DNA from: Bdellovibrionota bacterium | Lineage (GTDB): Bacteria; Bdellovibrionota_C; UBA2361; JAAYZI01 | Direction of reading: 5' to 3' | Assembly (NCBI GenBank): GCA_050950765.1 | Contig: JBMNIF010000003.1 | Span: forward strand, 544,001-608,000 | DNA length: 64,000 bases | Shown: positions 29,873-40,812 of the stretch, in pieces | Numbering within the stretch: position 1 is the first letter of the stretch | How the letters are laid out: each line of letters starts with the position of its first letter | Made by a program: the position numbers and the translations under genes | Notes under the pieces: generated by a model | The model's database searches: none | The model's input: the letters and a program-made list of their open reading frames with translations, nothing else | What the model was told of the DNA's origin: nothing

Positions 29873-30523
29873 CTAAATATACTTACGAATAAACGGATTT
29901 GATGCAATTTCATCTTTTATCACGGTATCGGTGCCGTGCCCAGAATAAACTTTGGTAGTAGGCGGCAATTTCAAAATGATCTCCTGCAAACTTTGCATCA
30001 GAAGTTTATAATCACCCCCTGGAAGATCACTTCGTCCTATACTTCCAGCAAAAATAGTATCTCCTGTAAAAACACCCCCTTCCTCTGCACAATAAAAACA
30101 GAGGTGATCTGGGGAGTGACCTGGTGTATACAAAACTTTAAACTCCAAATTCCCGAGTTGCACAGTATCTCCACCTGCCAATACGACATCAGGCTCGGGG
30201 CAGTCCTCCATTCCTGAAGACTCTAAATTAAACATCGTTATAAATTGCGAAACGCCCGATCGAAGGGATCTCCCTTCTGCGTGTGCAAAAAACGGCACAT
30301 CTATCAACCGTTTTAAAGATGCTACACCTCCGCAGTGATCTGGATGTGCATGCGTAAGCCAGATCCCTTTTACGGTAACACCTAAATCTTGTGCTAGCTT
30401 AAGGAGTGTCTCCGCTTGGCAAGGCGGATCTAAAAAAACTCCCTCTTTAGTTTCCGTGCAATAAAGAAGCCGCGCATTTTGAGAAAAGTGCGTCAGCACT
30501 TTTGTAACGATCTGTAACGCCAT
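29873..30523 (-). CDS. MBL-fold metallo-hydrolase (glyoxalase II/YcbL-like)
   Basis: THAHPDHCGG, TPGHS, GDTIFAGSIGRSD, SGHG. Confidence 0.92.
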   Translation of the reverse strand: MALQIVTKVLTHFSQNARLLYCTETKEGVFLDPPCQAETLLKLAQDLGVTVKGIWLTHAHPDHCGGVASLKRLIDVPFFAHAEGRSLRSGVSQFITMFNLESSGMEDCPEPDVVLAGGDTVQLGNLEFKVLYTPGHSPDHLCFYCAEEGGVFTGDTIFAGSIGRSDLPGGDYKLLMQSLQEIILKLPPTTKVYSGHGTDTVIKDEIASNPFIRKYI

Positions 30524-30574
30524 AATACACCATCAAAAGAAAAAATCTCTTCAAGATATCGTTAATACCCTCAC

Positions 30575-31006
30575 TTACCCCAAAACCTTTTTAACGATTT
30601 CACTCGCCATTTTACTGTCGTACCTACCGCTATACTGTTCACGTAACACCTTCATAATATCACCCATTTTAGCAGTAGCATTCTCTTCTTTTATCCCCTT
30701 AACAACACCTTCCAACTCTTCAGCAGTCATCTGCTCTGGGAGGAACTCTTTCAAAACGACCTCTTCTCTTTTCAGATCTTCAATTAACTCACTACGTCCA
30801 TCTTTCTCTGCATATTCAAGAGCTTCTGTTCTCTTTTTGAGTTCAGCCCTTATCACCGCCATGATCTCATCATCACTTAAAGCATCTTTTTTCTGCCGCA
30901 TCTCCTCATACTGCATAGCTGATAGAACGCCGCGAATGACAGCGAGTCGTAATTTATCTTTTTCGCGCATGGCATTCTTCATTTCATCTTGAAGTTTCTT
31001 TTTCAT
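30575..31006 (-). CDS. GatB/YqeY domain protein
   Basis: LQDEMKNAMREKDKLRLAVIR...FLPEQMT...MGDIMK. Confidence 0.92.
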   Translation of the reverse strand: MKKKLQDEMKNAMREKDKLRLAVIRGVLSAMQYEEMRQKKDALSDDEIMAVIRAELKKRTEALEYAEKDGRSELIEDLKREEVVLKEFLPEQMTAEELEGVVKGIKEENATAKMGDIMKVLREQYSGRYDSKMASEIVKKVLG

Positions 31007-31237
31007 GGTTCTCTCCTAAAATCACCGCCATTAGTTTACTTTTACGGTATTTTAAACGTCTCTCTTGCGGCGTTTAATTTAACTGATATTGAAGATATTC
31101 ACAATAATATCGCTGTATTTACAAATAATAAGAGTTACTCCTAGAATATGGCAACGCTTCCGCATAAGATACTCCTCCCCTACACAACTCAATTGAAATG
31201 CACGAAAAACTACACTTTAAATATTTAATCTGTTTTA

Positions 31238-33499
31238 ATGATATTTATGCTTAAAGAAGACACGCAAAAAGAGATCTTACTTAGAGGAGTTGTTAGGCGA
31301 ATTACCTTTCAAGCCCCTGATTCCGGATACGTTGTCTGTCGCGTGCTAAGAGAAGGTGCTTTAGAAGAAACAACACTTACAGGTACAAATCTACACCTTT
31401 CAAGTGGTCTATCAATTATAGCAAGGGGACGTTTTGTGCACCATCCCAAGTTCGGAGAGCAATTTCTCGCCTCAGCTGTTGAACATATTATCCCCTCAAC
31501 GGAGGAGGGATTAAAGAGATATTTAGGCAGCGGACTCTTTAGTGGTATCGGAGAAAAAACTGCGGAACGTATTATTAAACACTTTGGTACCGATGCTTTA
31601 ACTATTTTACGCAATGCACCTGAAAGGTTGAGAGAAGTCTCTGGGATCGGACGTAAAAAAGCAGCCCTTTTTGCGCAAGAGCTACTTTCACATGAAGAGC
31701 GTAGGGAAATTGATCGCTTCTTTTTAGAATACGGAATTCAACCTACTCTAATTGATAAGATCTACCGCAAGTTCGGTGTCAGATCGATTGAGATCATCAA
31801 ACAGAACCCTTACATCTTGGCTTACAAGATTCACGGCATCGGATTTATCACAGCAGATGCGATCGCTTTAAAGCTCGGCTTAAGCCGTTCTGCTCCACAA
31901 CGTTTAGAATCAGGGTTGGTTTATGCTCTTGAAAAAGCCAAGAATGACGGACACTGTTTTTTAAGGTATGCGGAGCTAGCAGAAAAAGCGACACGTCTTC
32001 TAGAGTTAGAACAAGATAAGATAGATTTTCATCCATACTTGGAACGGCTGCATCAAGCTAAGCAGATCCAGATTGATGGCGATGATATCTATTTAACGCC
32101 TCTTTATAACGCAGAAAACGTGGTGGCTGATTTCATAGCAAGCCGCGTTACAAAATTTAAAACTCCACAGATCCCTCTAATAAAACAGAAAGAAGCCATT
32201 CAAGAAGCGGAAGAAGCTTTAAATATCACCCTCAGCGCAAAGCAACGTCAGGCGGTACACTTTGCTGCCGACTATCCGCTACTCGCTATAAGTGGCGGAC
32301 CAGGTTGCGGTAAAACAACCCTCATCAAAGCTTTAAGTATTATGTTTAAAAAAGCAGAGAAGGTTTTAGCGTTGGCAGCACCGACTGGAAAAGCTGCACA
32401 ACGGATGTCTCAAGTTTGTGGAGTTCCAGCTTATACGATTCATCGTTTACTCGGTTACGATCCGATTAAAAACACCTTTAATTACCGTCAAAACGAACCA
32501 CTCTGTATAGACAACGGATCTGAGACTCCGCAATTAGTTGATGCCGTTATCATAGATGAAGCCTCTATGATTGACATACAACTTGCTAAGGCTCTCTTCT
32601 GTGCTATCCCGCAACGTGCCACCCTAATTTTAGTCGGCGACAAAGACCAGCTCCCTTCTGTGGGTCCAGGACGACTTTTTGCTGATATCCTTTCTTTAGA
32701 TTCTATCTGTACTGTAACGCTGACTCAACTTTATCGTAGAGAAGAAGCCTCAAAGATCACCACTATCGCTCATGAGATAAACTCCGGCAGACTTCCGCAG
32801 ATCCCCGCAATCGGTAGCACTATCAGTGATGCTTATTTTGTAGAGCTTAATGATACTACTGAGATCGTGAATTACGTTTTACGTCTTATCACAAAACAGA
32901 TCCCCAAATATCGCAACCTTACTTCAAAAGATATCTCCGTTTTAACGCCAGCAAATGTCGGTCCACTGGGCACGCTAGAGCTGAACTATCGTTTGCAAGA
33001 TGCTCTTAACCCAACTCAAATTCCAGGTAAATTTATCAATATCGGTAACAAACAGTTACGTGTTGGAGATAAAGTTTGTCAACGTGTTAATAATTACAAG
33101 ATCGATCTCGATGGTGTCTTTAATGGAGACTCCGGCACCGTTCGCGAAGTAGATGCAGCAAATGAGAGCATAGTTGTTGAACTTTGGGACGGTCGTTTTA
33201 TTAAATATCAGGGGAAAGCTATCGAACAACTCTCTTTAGCTTATGCCGTCACAATCCACAGGTCTCAAGGTTCAGAGCTGCCGTGTGTGATAATGGTGTT
33301 ACACGATTCGCACTATATTTTATTAGAAAGACAACTGATCTACACCGGCATAACACGAGCAAAAGAGTTACTCTTTATTATTGGGACAAGACGTGCCCTG
33401 TATAATGCCGTAACAAAAACAAGTGTTAATCAAAGGCAAACTAACCTCTGCCGTCGTATCACAAACTCCTTGCAAATAATTAACACCACTATCTTTTAA
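31238..33499 (+). CDS. recD2: RecD2-type ATP-dependent DNA helicase
   Basis: HhH GIGEKTA; GGPGCGKTT, APTGKAA, DEASM, GDKDQLPSVGPG, AYAVTIHRSQGSE, YTGITRA. Confidence 0.93.
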   Translation: MIFMLKEDTQKEILLRGVVRRITFQAPDSGYVVCRVLREGALEETTLTGTNLHLSSGLSIIARGRFVHHPKFGEQFLASAVEHIIPSTEEGLKRYLGSGLFSGIGEKTAERIIKHFGTDALTILRNAPERLREVSGIGRKKAALFAQELLSHEERREIDRFFLEYGIQPTLIDKIYRKFGVRSIEIIKQNPYILAYKIHGIGFITADAIALKLGLSRSAPQRLESGLVYALEKAKNDGHCFLRYAELAEKATRLLELEQDKIDFHPYLERLHQAKQIQIDGDDIYLTPLYNAENVVADFIASRVTKFKTPQIPLIKQKEAIQEAEEALNITLSAKQRQAVHFAADYPLLAISGGPGCGKTTLIKALSIMFKKAEKVLALAAPTGKAAQRMSQVCGVPAYTIHRLLGYDPIKNTFNYRQNEPLCIDNGSETPQLVDAVIIDEASMIDIQLAKALFCAIPQRATLILVGDKDQLPSVGPGRLFADILSLDSICTVTLTQLYRREEASKITTIAHEINSGRLPQIPAIGSTISDAYFVELNDTTEIVNYVLRLITKQIPKYRNLTSKDISVLTPANVGPLGTLELNYRLQDALNPTQIPGKFINIGNKQLRVGDKVCQRVNNYKIDLDGVFNGDSGTVREVDAANESIVVELWDGRFIKYQGKAIEQLSLAYAVTIHRSQGSELPCVIMVLHDSHYILLERQLIYTGITRAKELLFIIGTRRALYNAVTKTSVNQRQTNLCRRITNSLQIINTTIF

Positions 33500-33649
33500 T
33501 CAGAATAAAATAAGGAGTATTGATCGCTTACCTATCTCTCCTTTAAATATTTTACGAAAAGAGGAGGCATCCCTCTTAATAAAGGGATCAGCAATAAGGC
33601 GAGAATTATAAGTGATATGAAAAGATATCTGTATTGTTAAGATAACACT

Positions 33650-34948
33650 TTACTCTTTATTCAAAGCTTCAATTACAAGTTGCGGTGTTAGTATAGGTGG
33701 AAGAATGATCGGGGAGGATTCTTTATCTCCTTGATTATCGATCGAAAAGAGAGAGCGCTTATTTTTTGCAGGATAAATAACTGTCATAGGAATACTAATT
33801 CTACCAAATTTTTCTAAAGCCGCTGCAATTTCTGCGCTCCTTGATGTCCAATCACCTCTAACAAGAGCAATGTTCTTTTCCTTTAAAAGGGAGAGAACTG
33901 CATCAGAGGAAAAAACTACTTTTTTATTAAGTTGACACGTTAAACACCACTTTGCTGTAAAATCCAGATAGATCGGACGCCCCGATCTCTTTAAACTTTC
34001 CAATGTAGTAGGAGAGAAATCAATCCATTCGAGATCCTCTGCCAAATAAGGTGAGCTTCCAAGATTATCATTATTTAATTGTTCAAACTTAAATGAAGGA
34101 AGTGTTAAAAGAATTAAGAAGAGAAAAAGACAGGTCCACTTAAAAGAAAAACGATCAGATCCTTTTTTCTTCCAAATCATAGCCATAAAGTAGATCACTA
34201 CTATCCCTAGCACTCCTCCCGTAAACGACAACACCCCTTCAAGAGAATACAATACCCACAACAACCACAAAGTCGTTCCGAAAAGAGGTAGTGCTAAAAA
34301 ATGTTTTAAGCGCACCATCCAGATCCCTGATTTCGGTAGATATGCAATTACGTGTGGAAAAAGAGAGAGGATAAAATAAGGGAACGCCATACCACATCCA
34401 AGCGCCGTAATAATCAATAAAAACGGGAGAGTTCCCATCAGTAGCCCCGCTCCGATAGCAGCTCCCATAAAGGGGGCACTGCACGGCGTAGCCACCAAAG
34501 TTGTTAGGCATCCTGACAAAAAAGCACCGAAAGGAGATCCAAGTTCAGTCTTTGCCTCTTTTCTACCAAAAAATGCGGCAAGCGATCCCCCCACTTCCAA
34601 AAAATCAAGAAAGAAAAGGGTGAGCAACGTAAAGAGATAGATCATAAACTTTAAAAAAATCGGAGATTGCAATTGAAATCCCCAACCGACATACTCTCCG
34701 AAAGATCTAAAACAGACAAAAACAGCTGCTAGAAGCAGGGCGGAAAAGATTATCCCCATTGAAAAAAAGAGTGCGTTCCTGACAGCGGCGCTCCGAGAAA
34801 CGTTTTTTGTAAGTCCGTAAATTTTTATCGCTAAGACAGGAAAGACACACGGCATTAAGTTAAGTAATATCCCGCCTAAAAAGCCGTAACAAAGTATTAG
34901 AAATAGAGAAGCACCTTCCATGCAGACGATACTAATTCTGCTTCGCAA
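33650..34948 (-). CDS. DsbD-family thiol:disulfide interchange protein (TM + thioredoxin domains)
   Basis: LNLMPCVFPVL, ATPCSAPFMG, DFTAKWCLTCQLN. Confidence 0.9.
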   Translation of the reverse strand: MRSRISIVCMEGASLFLILCYGFLGGILLNLMPCVFPVLAIKIYGLTKNVSRSAAVRNALFFSMGIIFSALLLAAVFVCFRSFGEYVGWGFQLQSPIFLKFMIYLFTLLTLFFLDFLEVGGSLAAFFGRKEAKTELGSPFGAFLSGCLTTLVATPCSAPFMGAAIGAGLLMGTLPFLLIITALGCGMAFPYFILSLFPHVIAYLPKSGIWMVRLKHFLALPLFGTTLWLLWVLYSLEGVLSFTGGVLGIVVIYFMAMIWKKKGSDRFSFKWTCLFLFLILLTLPSFKFEQLNNDNLGSSPYLAEDLEWIDFSPTTLESLKRSGRPIYLDFTAKWCLTCQLNKKVVFSSDAVLSLLKEKNIALVRGDWTSRSAEIAAALEKFGRISIPMTVIYPAKNKRSLFSIDNQGDKESSPIILPPILTPQLVIEALNKE

Positions 34949-35044
34949 AAAAGAACACCCATTTTTTATCTTTTACTACCGTTACATTCAGATTAGGTTC
35001 AGATCAGGTTATAATCATCTTTAAGAAAAAACTAATAAACGCAA

Positions 35045-35078
35045 AAGGGGACTTTAAGATCTCTCTTGAAGTCCCCTT
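35045..35078 (-). terminator. Terminator of hsp20 pair
   Basis: AAGGGGACTT...AAGTCCCCTT. Confidence 0.7.
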
Positions 35079-35118
35079 GCACGTTCTTAGCGACACGGTT
35101 CAATTTATCAATTCTTTT

Positions 35119-35493
35119 TTAATTGATGCTTTTTACATCAATCTTTCTCGGCTTAACCTTCTCTGACTTAGGAAGAGTTAATTTTAACTCTCCATCTTTT
35201 AACTCAGCTTTAATCTTATCAACTGCGATATTTTGATCAGAAAGGGAGAACTCTCTTCTAAAATCAGTAGAGATATATTCTCTTCTGGAAGCTTCTGCTG
35301 TGCCACTCTCTTTTTTCTCAACGTGTCCTGTAATACTCAATATCCCGTTCTGAAACGTTACATCTAAACACTTCTTATCTACACCCGGCATATCAAGTAA
35401 CACCTCAAACTTATCCGCATCTTCAAAGATATCGCATAAAGGTGTACGCCACTTATTTTCATGGGTGGTTGTTTCAATCTGTTTGTTACTCAT
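35119..35493 (-). CDS. Hsp20/alpha-crystallin small heat-shock protein
   Basis: PLCDIFE, DMPGV, FRREFSL, AELKDGELKLTLPK. Confidence 0.93.
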   Translation of the reverse strand: MSNKQIETTTHENKWRTPLCDIFEDADKFEVLLDMPGVDKKCLDVTFQNGILSITGHVEKKESGTAEASRREYISTDFRREFSLSDQNIAVDKIKAELKDGELKLTLPKSEKVKPRKIDVKSIN

Positions 35494-35559
35494 TTTTTAA
35501 TCCTCCTAAACCTTTCGGTATGCTTAAATAAACGCTCTGCCTGTTTTTATGCGTTTGTA

Positions 35560-35994
35560 TTATTTCGCTGCACTAATCTGCACCTTGCGCGGCTTATCTT
35601 CTTCTTTACGTGGTAAAACAATCGTTAAGATTCCGTTTTGCAAAGTAGCTTCCACACCGTTAGAATTAATTTCAAAAGGAAGTTGAATGTTTCTACTAAA
35701 GGCACCAAAGGAACGCTCCTCTCTTAGTGCACTATCTGCCTCAGAACGTTTTCTAGAGCCTTTTAAAGTAACGCTATTCCCGAGCACTTCAATCTCTAAG
35801 TCCTCTTTTTTAACAGCGGGAAGCTCTGCTTCAAGGGTGGCTTTATTTTTATCATAAAAAACATTTATCGCCGGATGCCCTGAAGAAACTTCTCTGACGG
35901 TATCCCAAATAATATCTCCAAATTCCTCTTGCAGCCGTCTTAGGCTATCAAATGGATCTAATCTAAAATATCTTAATGGTCTCATTATTGTCAT
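35560..35994 (-). CDS. Hsp20/alpha-crystallin small heat-shock protein
   Basis: PAINV, AELPAV, ERSFGAFSRNIQLP, ATLQNGILTIVLP. Confidence 0.93.
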   Translation of the reverse strand: MTIMRPLRYFRLDPFDSLRRLQEEFGDIIWDTVREVSSGHPAINVFYDKNKATLEAELPAVKKEDLEIEVLGNSVTLKGSRKRSEADSALREERSFGAFSRNIQLPFEINSNGVEATLQNGILTIVLPRKEEDKPRKVQISAAK

Positions 35995-36029
35995 TTTTCC
36001 CTCACTTTCAATGTCTTTAACACTATGAT

Positions 36030-36060
36030 TTAGATAAGCACGGTATCTCGCATTTTCAAG
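36030..36060 (-). promoter_or_regulatory. Putative RpoH (sigma32)-type promoter of hsp20 operon
   Basis: CTTGAA-N16-CTTATCTAA; same layout as the motif upstream of dnaK. Confidence 0.65.
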
Positions 36061-36275
36061 GGTCTTATTAAAAATTGCTGCTAGCTCTCATAAAAAATCT
36101 ACAAAAAATTAAGATCTCATAATAAAACTACTTAGGATCTGTACCAAAATGTATCTTTTGAAATATCTTTATAAAGGTAATATGATTGCGCTGCTGGTGA
36201 GAGGATAATACTCTGCTATCAACAGGGGATGCCTGTACTTACACAATTTAATTTTTCTTTAATAGAGAGAGTCTC

Positions 36276-36737
36276 GTGAATATATTTCTCATTATTTTAG
36301 TAGTGATCTTAAGTCTGGTTGTCGGCTGGTTCGCCGGAACTGCTATCATGGATAGACGTTTGCAAAAAAAGGTTGCAGAGTATGAACAGGTCATTGCAGA
36401 GCACGGACAAAAACAGAGCGTCTTTACTGCTTCAATTCGAGATGAATTACTTAATATTCGTTCAGGAATAATAAAAGCAGCTTCAGCTTATGAAGATGTT
36501 GTTAATCTGGTTGAAAAAGAACTAAACGTCAAAGAGGACTTACACATCATTCCGATCCTCCCTGGTAATCATCTATTAACTATCACACCAAAAACTCCCC
36601 TTGAGAAATTACCACCCATTTATGAAGATACTAAAGAAGACACAAAAAAAGATACCGCAGATGTAACGGAGCCCACTCCCGAACAACAGCCGACAGATAA
36701 CTCTTCAGAGGCTGAAAAAGACCCTATATCCAACTGA
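36276..36737 (+). CDS. Single-TM coiled-coil protein (possibly YhcB/DUF1043-like)
   Basis: N-terminal TM, coiled coil, acidic disordered tail. Confidence 0.5.
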   Translation: MNIFLIILVVILSLVVGWFAGTAIMDRRLQKKVAEYEQVIAEHGQKQSVFTASIRDELLNIRSGIIKAASAYEDVVNLVEKELNVKEDLHIIPILPGNHLLTITPKTPLEKLPPIYEDTKEDTKKDTADVTEPTPEQQPTDNSSEAEKDPISN

Positions 36738-36809
36738 TACTACACAACAAATCAATTTAAACGAACCCAATCTATGCTCCCCTCATCTAACGGGGCGGGA
36801 GCATATATT

Positions 36810-37430
36810 ATGAAAACTATATCTAAAGTGATCATTATATTAACACTGCTTTTAAACGCCGCACCAACATGGGCAGAGCAGTTTTCGATAGTGAAGGGTG
36901 TTGGTAAATCAATGCTAATTACCAACAGAAAACAGACAAGAGGAGAAGTTGTAAAACATTTTTCACTACGTGCTTTTGATAAAGTTGCCTTTAGTAAAGT
37001 CAACGTACGTTTTAGCAAAAGATGTTATAAGAATAAAAATTACGATCGTATTATCAACGCTGCCGCTATGCGTTACAAAGTGGACCCAGCGCTAGTGAAA
37101 GCTGTTATGCACGCTGAATCATCTTTCAACGCTTGCGCTAAATCGCCTAAAGGTGCCATAGGACTTATGCAGCTTATGCCTGCCACAGCGCGTTATCTCG
37201 GGGTAAAAAATCCTTATGAGCCGAGAGAAAATGTTAGAGGTGGTGTTAAATATCTTTCTCAACTAATGCTTCGTTACAAAGGAGACATCAAGCTTTCTTT
37301 AGCAGCTTATAATGCTGGGCCGGGATCCGTCTCTCAATATGGCGGAGTGCCGCCATACACAGAAACAAGGGCTTATATAAACAGGGTCTTAAGTCTACAT
37401 AAGCACTACAAGGGGCGTATTCGTCTCTGA
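36810..37430 (+). CDS. Lytic transglycosylase (SLT domain)
   Basis: AVMHAESSFN, SPKGAIGLMQLMPATA, LAAYNAGPG, PPYTETRAY; signal peptide from ATG 36810. Confidence 0.93.
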   Translation: MKTISKVIIILTLLLNAAPTWAEQFSIVKGVGKSMLITNRKQTRGEVVKHFSLRAFDKVAFSKVNVRFSKRCYKNKNYDRIINAAAMRYKVDPALVKAVMHAESSFNACAKSPKGAIGLMQLMPATARYLGVKNPYEPRENVRGGVKYLSQLMLRYKGDIKLSLAAYNAGPGSVSQYGGVPPYTETRAYINRVLSLHKHYKGRIRL

Positions 37431-37664
37431 TTCATAAAGATAAATCTTTAGAGATGAACGTCTCTAAGTTCTAAGTTTTTTGAACTTTTTAGCTTTGAAA
37501 TATAGTGAGCTCGGAAGTTAGAAGAGAGATCTTTAAAATACGTTAAAAAATTAGCTTCATTTTCACCTTACTTAGCATCTAAGTCTCTAAGGGGAGTGAG
37601 TCTTTAAGGTGCTCCCGTTATACGTTTTTTAGCGAAAGTTTTAGCTATAACCATATGATTTTTA

Positions 37665-39608
37665 ATGATACGTCAAATAAGCGTCAAAGTTATGGGGGTG
37701 TTTGTTATCGTTGGGATAGCTTTTCTCTGTTTAGTACCAGCCTTACAACTCTTAGAACTTTTTCCTTTTGAAATAATTGATCTTCCAAATCTCGTATTAA
37801 CCAACTTTTGTGCTTGGATCTTAATCCTCTTCTTTTTTTTAAATCAGAGAAAGTTAAAAAATGAAACATTAAAAGTTGCTGATGAGCTCGGTCTCGATAC
37901 GCCACACTTCGAATCATTAGAAGCAACAACTCTTAAGGTATTAAAAGAGCTTCAAAGAAAAAGTAGCTCTCTTTCAATCAATTTAATTGAGAGGAAGATT
38001 AACTCCAAAGAAGAGCTCTCTATCACTTTAGAGCGGATAGTGACTTTGGCTTATCGTCTTTTAAATGCAGAATCTGCAGAAATGGCGCTTTTTGATAGTG
38101 CATCGACGCTTTATCACTCCTCGTTTGTGATCGGAAAACCTTTTGCTGATAACGCACAAGCTGTCCTTTCTGGTGCCGTAGATGGTGCAGAAGAGAAGCC
38201 GTCACCTGATGTTTTAGTGCAGCCGATCGCTTTCGCCGGTTCAGTTTTGGGAAGTTTACGGGTAGCCTTAAAAAAGGGAACTTCTCCTACTACGTGCGAT
38301 AAAGAGATCTTGCGTGTAGTGGCGCTTCAAAGTGGAGTGGCGATTTTAAACGCTTCTTATACTGATGAATTGATGCGCATGAAGCGTGCTTCTGCCGAAT
38401 CGGTCAAGGTTAAGACAGGATTTTTAGCCAATTTGAGCCACGAGATTAGAGGCCCTTTAGGGATTATGCTAAACGCAGTGGAGCTGGTCTTAGATGGCTT
38501 ATGCGGTGCGGTAACTGTTGATCAATTAGAAACATTGAAGATGGTCAGGATGAATGGTGAGCATCTTTTAGACCTGATTAATGATGTTCTTGATTACGCT
38601 AAGATTGAATCAGGGAAGACCACACCGCAACCTGTCAATCTTCTTGTTAACGATCTCTTAAAAGACATGGTTTCCGTTATGAAAACACAAGCAGAGAAAA
38701 AATCTCACACTCTGCTATTAAGAGAATCTTCAGAAGCGTTAACCATTAACATCGATAAACGCCACGCCAGACAGATGTTAATCAACCTCCTTACTAACGC
38801 CATAAAATATACACCTGATGGTGGTAAGATCGAAGTTTGGGCTGAACGTGCTGCTTCAAATCGCGTTAAAATCAATGTTAAAGATAGCGGCATCGGGATA
38901 GAAGAATCGGCTCGAGAGAAGGTTTTTTCAGCTTTTGAGAGGATTGAAAATAGCTACTCCATTACGCAAGTTGGAGCGGGGCTGGGCATGGCAGTTACTA
39001 AAAAGTTGGCGGAAGTAAACGGCGGTCAGATAGATTTTAAATCTCTTCCTAATCAAGGCTCTCACTTCTGGATCAGTTTTCCGGCAGTGCAGTTCAATGC
39101 GCTGGAACATTCAAAGGGAGAAGAGCAAACGGTTGAAGAACCTGTTAAGGGTAACGGAGAAGTGATCTTACTGATGGAATCAAACGGTGCAGAGAGAGAT
39201 GTAACTTCACGCTATCTACAAAGTAAAGGCTTTACCGTTATTGCTGTCAGTACTGAAACAGAAGCATTAGATGTTTTACGACTTGGTGAAGTAAAACTTG
39301 TACTAATGGATAATAATCTTATCGATAGGCAGCATGAAGATGTTATACAATCTATCCGTGATGCAGCGCAGTCGAATCTCCTTCCTATCATCCTTGTCAG
39401 CTCTAAGGCTTTCCCTTTTGATATCGAAAAGTATTTAAAGATCGGGATAGACCTCTGCTTAAGTAAACCCGTAAGCTTGCATAAGTTGGCTTCTGTTTGT
39501 CGTAAAGTTTTAGATGGTAGTGGTACAAAGGTCGCTGTTAAAACTACAACGGATACAGCAGAGATGCAGAAACCATCCCTTCCTCCAGATTCATCAAGTT
39601 TAAAATGA
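37665..39608 (+). CDS. Hybrid sensor histidine kinase (TM, GAF-like, HisKA, HATPase, receiver)
   Basis: FLANLSHEIRGPL, NLLTNAIKYT, DSGIGI, GAGLGM, C-terminal LVLMD...LSKP. Confidence 0.92.
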   Translation: MIRQISVKVMGVFVIVGIAFLCLVPALQLLELFPFEIIDLPNLVLTNFCAWILILFFFLNQRKLKNETLKVADELGLDTPHFESLEATTLKVLKELQRKSSSLSINLIERKINSKEELSITLERIVTLAYRLLNAESAEMALFDSASTLYHSSFVIGKPFADNAQAVLSGAVDGAEEKPSPDVLVQPIAFAGSVLGSLRVALKKGTSPTTCDKEILRVVALQSGVAILNASYTDELMRMKRASAESVKVKTGFLANLSHEIRGPLGIMLNAVELVLDGLCGAVTVDQLETLKMVRMNGEHLLDLINDVLDYAKIESGKTTPQPVNLLVNDLLKDMVSVMKTQAEKKSHTLLLRESSEALTINIDKRHARQMLINLLTNAIKYTPDGGKIEVWAERAASNRVKINVKDSGIGIEESAREKVFSAFERIENSYSITQVGAGLGMAVTKKLAEVNGGQIDFKSLPNQGSHFWISFPAVQFNALEHSKGEEQTVEEPVKGNGEVILLMESNGAERDVTSRYLQSKGFTVIAVSTETEALDVLRLGEVKLVLMDNNLIDRQHEDVIQSIRDAAQSNLLPIILVSSKAFPFDIEKYLKIGIDLCLSKPVSLHKLASVCRKVLDGSGTKVAVKTTTDTAEMQKPSLPPDSSSLK

Positions 39609-39851
39609 ATTCGTTGTACCCTTTAATGATGACGATGGAACGGGTAGATACTGCATAGAGAATTAGCTAGATCTCTACGGAGGTCAAAAATTTGTTAATA
39701 CCCTTCAGGGACGGTGAAAAGGGGTGTTACTAAAAAATGAATCAGCTAGATCTCTACGGAGGTAAAAAATTTGTTGTACCCTTCTATGATGACGATGAAA
39801 CGGGTAGATACTGCATAGAGAATTAGCTAGATCTCTACGGAGGTAAAAAAT
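39608..39851 (-). repeat. Three tandem ~80-bp units of a dispersed repeat family
   Basis: AGCTAGATCTCTACGGAGGT at 39665, 39744 and 39825; reverse complement matches units at 41709-41866 and 42781-44155. Confidence 0.9.
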
Positions 39852-40040
39852 AGAACCATCGTATTTCTTTAAGTTGCATCTAAAAAGTATAAAGATGTTC
39901 TCTCAGATGATCGATACTACTTTGAGAGAGCTTGTTCTCATGAGGAGAGGTGTTTTTTGTAACACTTAACGGGGAAACGGTTTTTTTATTTTTTTAACAC
40001 TTTAGGAAGCAAAAAAGGTTTTTAGAAGGGGAGGAGAGGC

Positions 40041-40376
40041 GTGAAGAGAAGAGATGTAGAAGAGGAAAGGAATACAGCTATCTTTACAGCTTATGAAGAA
40101 CAAGGTGCACCAGATCCTGTTATTCCAGAGAAGTCCCTCTTATTAGCTGTCTTGATGAACGCTTTAGCAGACCTACATAAAGATGGAGCTGTGGCGATCA
40201 AAGCTGCGGAATATATGTTAAGCCCTGAAGATGATTATCTTTTTTCATTTCAATCGGTCTGTAATTATCTAAATGTAGATCCAAAACGAATTCTTTACAT
40301 TTCAGGGCTACTTAAGAGAAGACCTGCTGTGCTTGATGAGTTCGGAGAGATCGATCCTGCTTCTCAGGATAAATAA
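40041..40376 (+). CDS. Conserved-looking hypothetical protein
   Basis: PEKSLLLAVLMNAL...YLFSFQSVCNYLNVDP; strong RBS GGAGG. Confidence 0.65.
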   Translation: MKRRDVEEERNTAIFTAYEEQGAPDPVIPEKSLLLAVLMNALADLHKDGAVAIKAAEYMLSPEDDYLFSFQSVCNYLNVDPKRILYISGLLKRRPAVLDEFGEIDPASQDK

Positions 40377-40543
40377 TTCACCGTTATAAGGTGCTCCGAA
40401 AAAGATATAAAGTTTTCTTACTACTGATCCGAATAATACTTATAGAGGGTAGGCGGTTCTCCACAGGATGTGGAAGAACATCATAAAAATATGACCTGCC
40501 ATAAATAACCGTTGTGAAAAGATAATAGATAACTATTTTAGCC

Positions 40544-40801
40544 ATGGAGGGCAAAATGTTGATAGAAAGGACTCTAGCTTCACAATCTGTATACAATACC
40601 TTGCGAAAGAAACAGCTGCGACAAAAATACGTCGTGACAGTTATTGACAAAGAAACCGGCTCAAAAAAACAGTGGGAATCTTCAGATCGAGAGCATCAGT
40701 ACCAACAGAAAGAAACAGACACTTCACTACAAGAGATAACACCAGAGGTAATGCAAGAGACACCCCCTCAAAAGGAGAACTCTCTTAATGTAACAGTTTG
40801 A
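40544..40801 (+). CDS. Hypothetical protein
   Basis: 85-aa ORF; a later TTG start behind GGAGG is possible. Confidence 0.45.
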   Translation: MEGKMLIERTLASQSVYNTLRKKQLRQKYVVTVIDKETGSKKQWESSDREHQYQQKETDTSLQEITPEVMQETPPQKENSLNVTV

Positions 40802-40812
40802 TTCTTTTATTT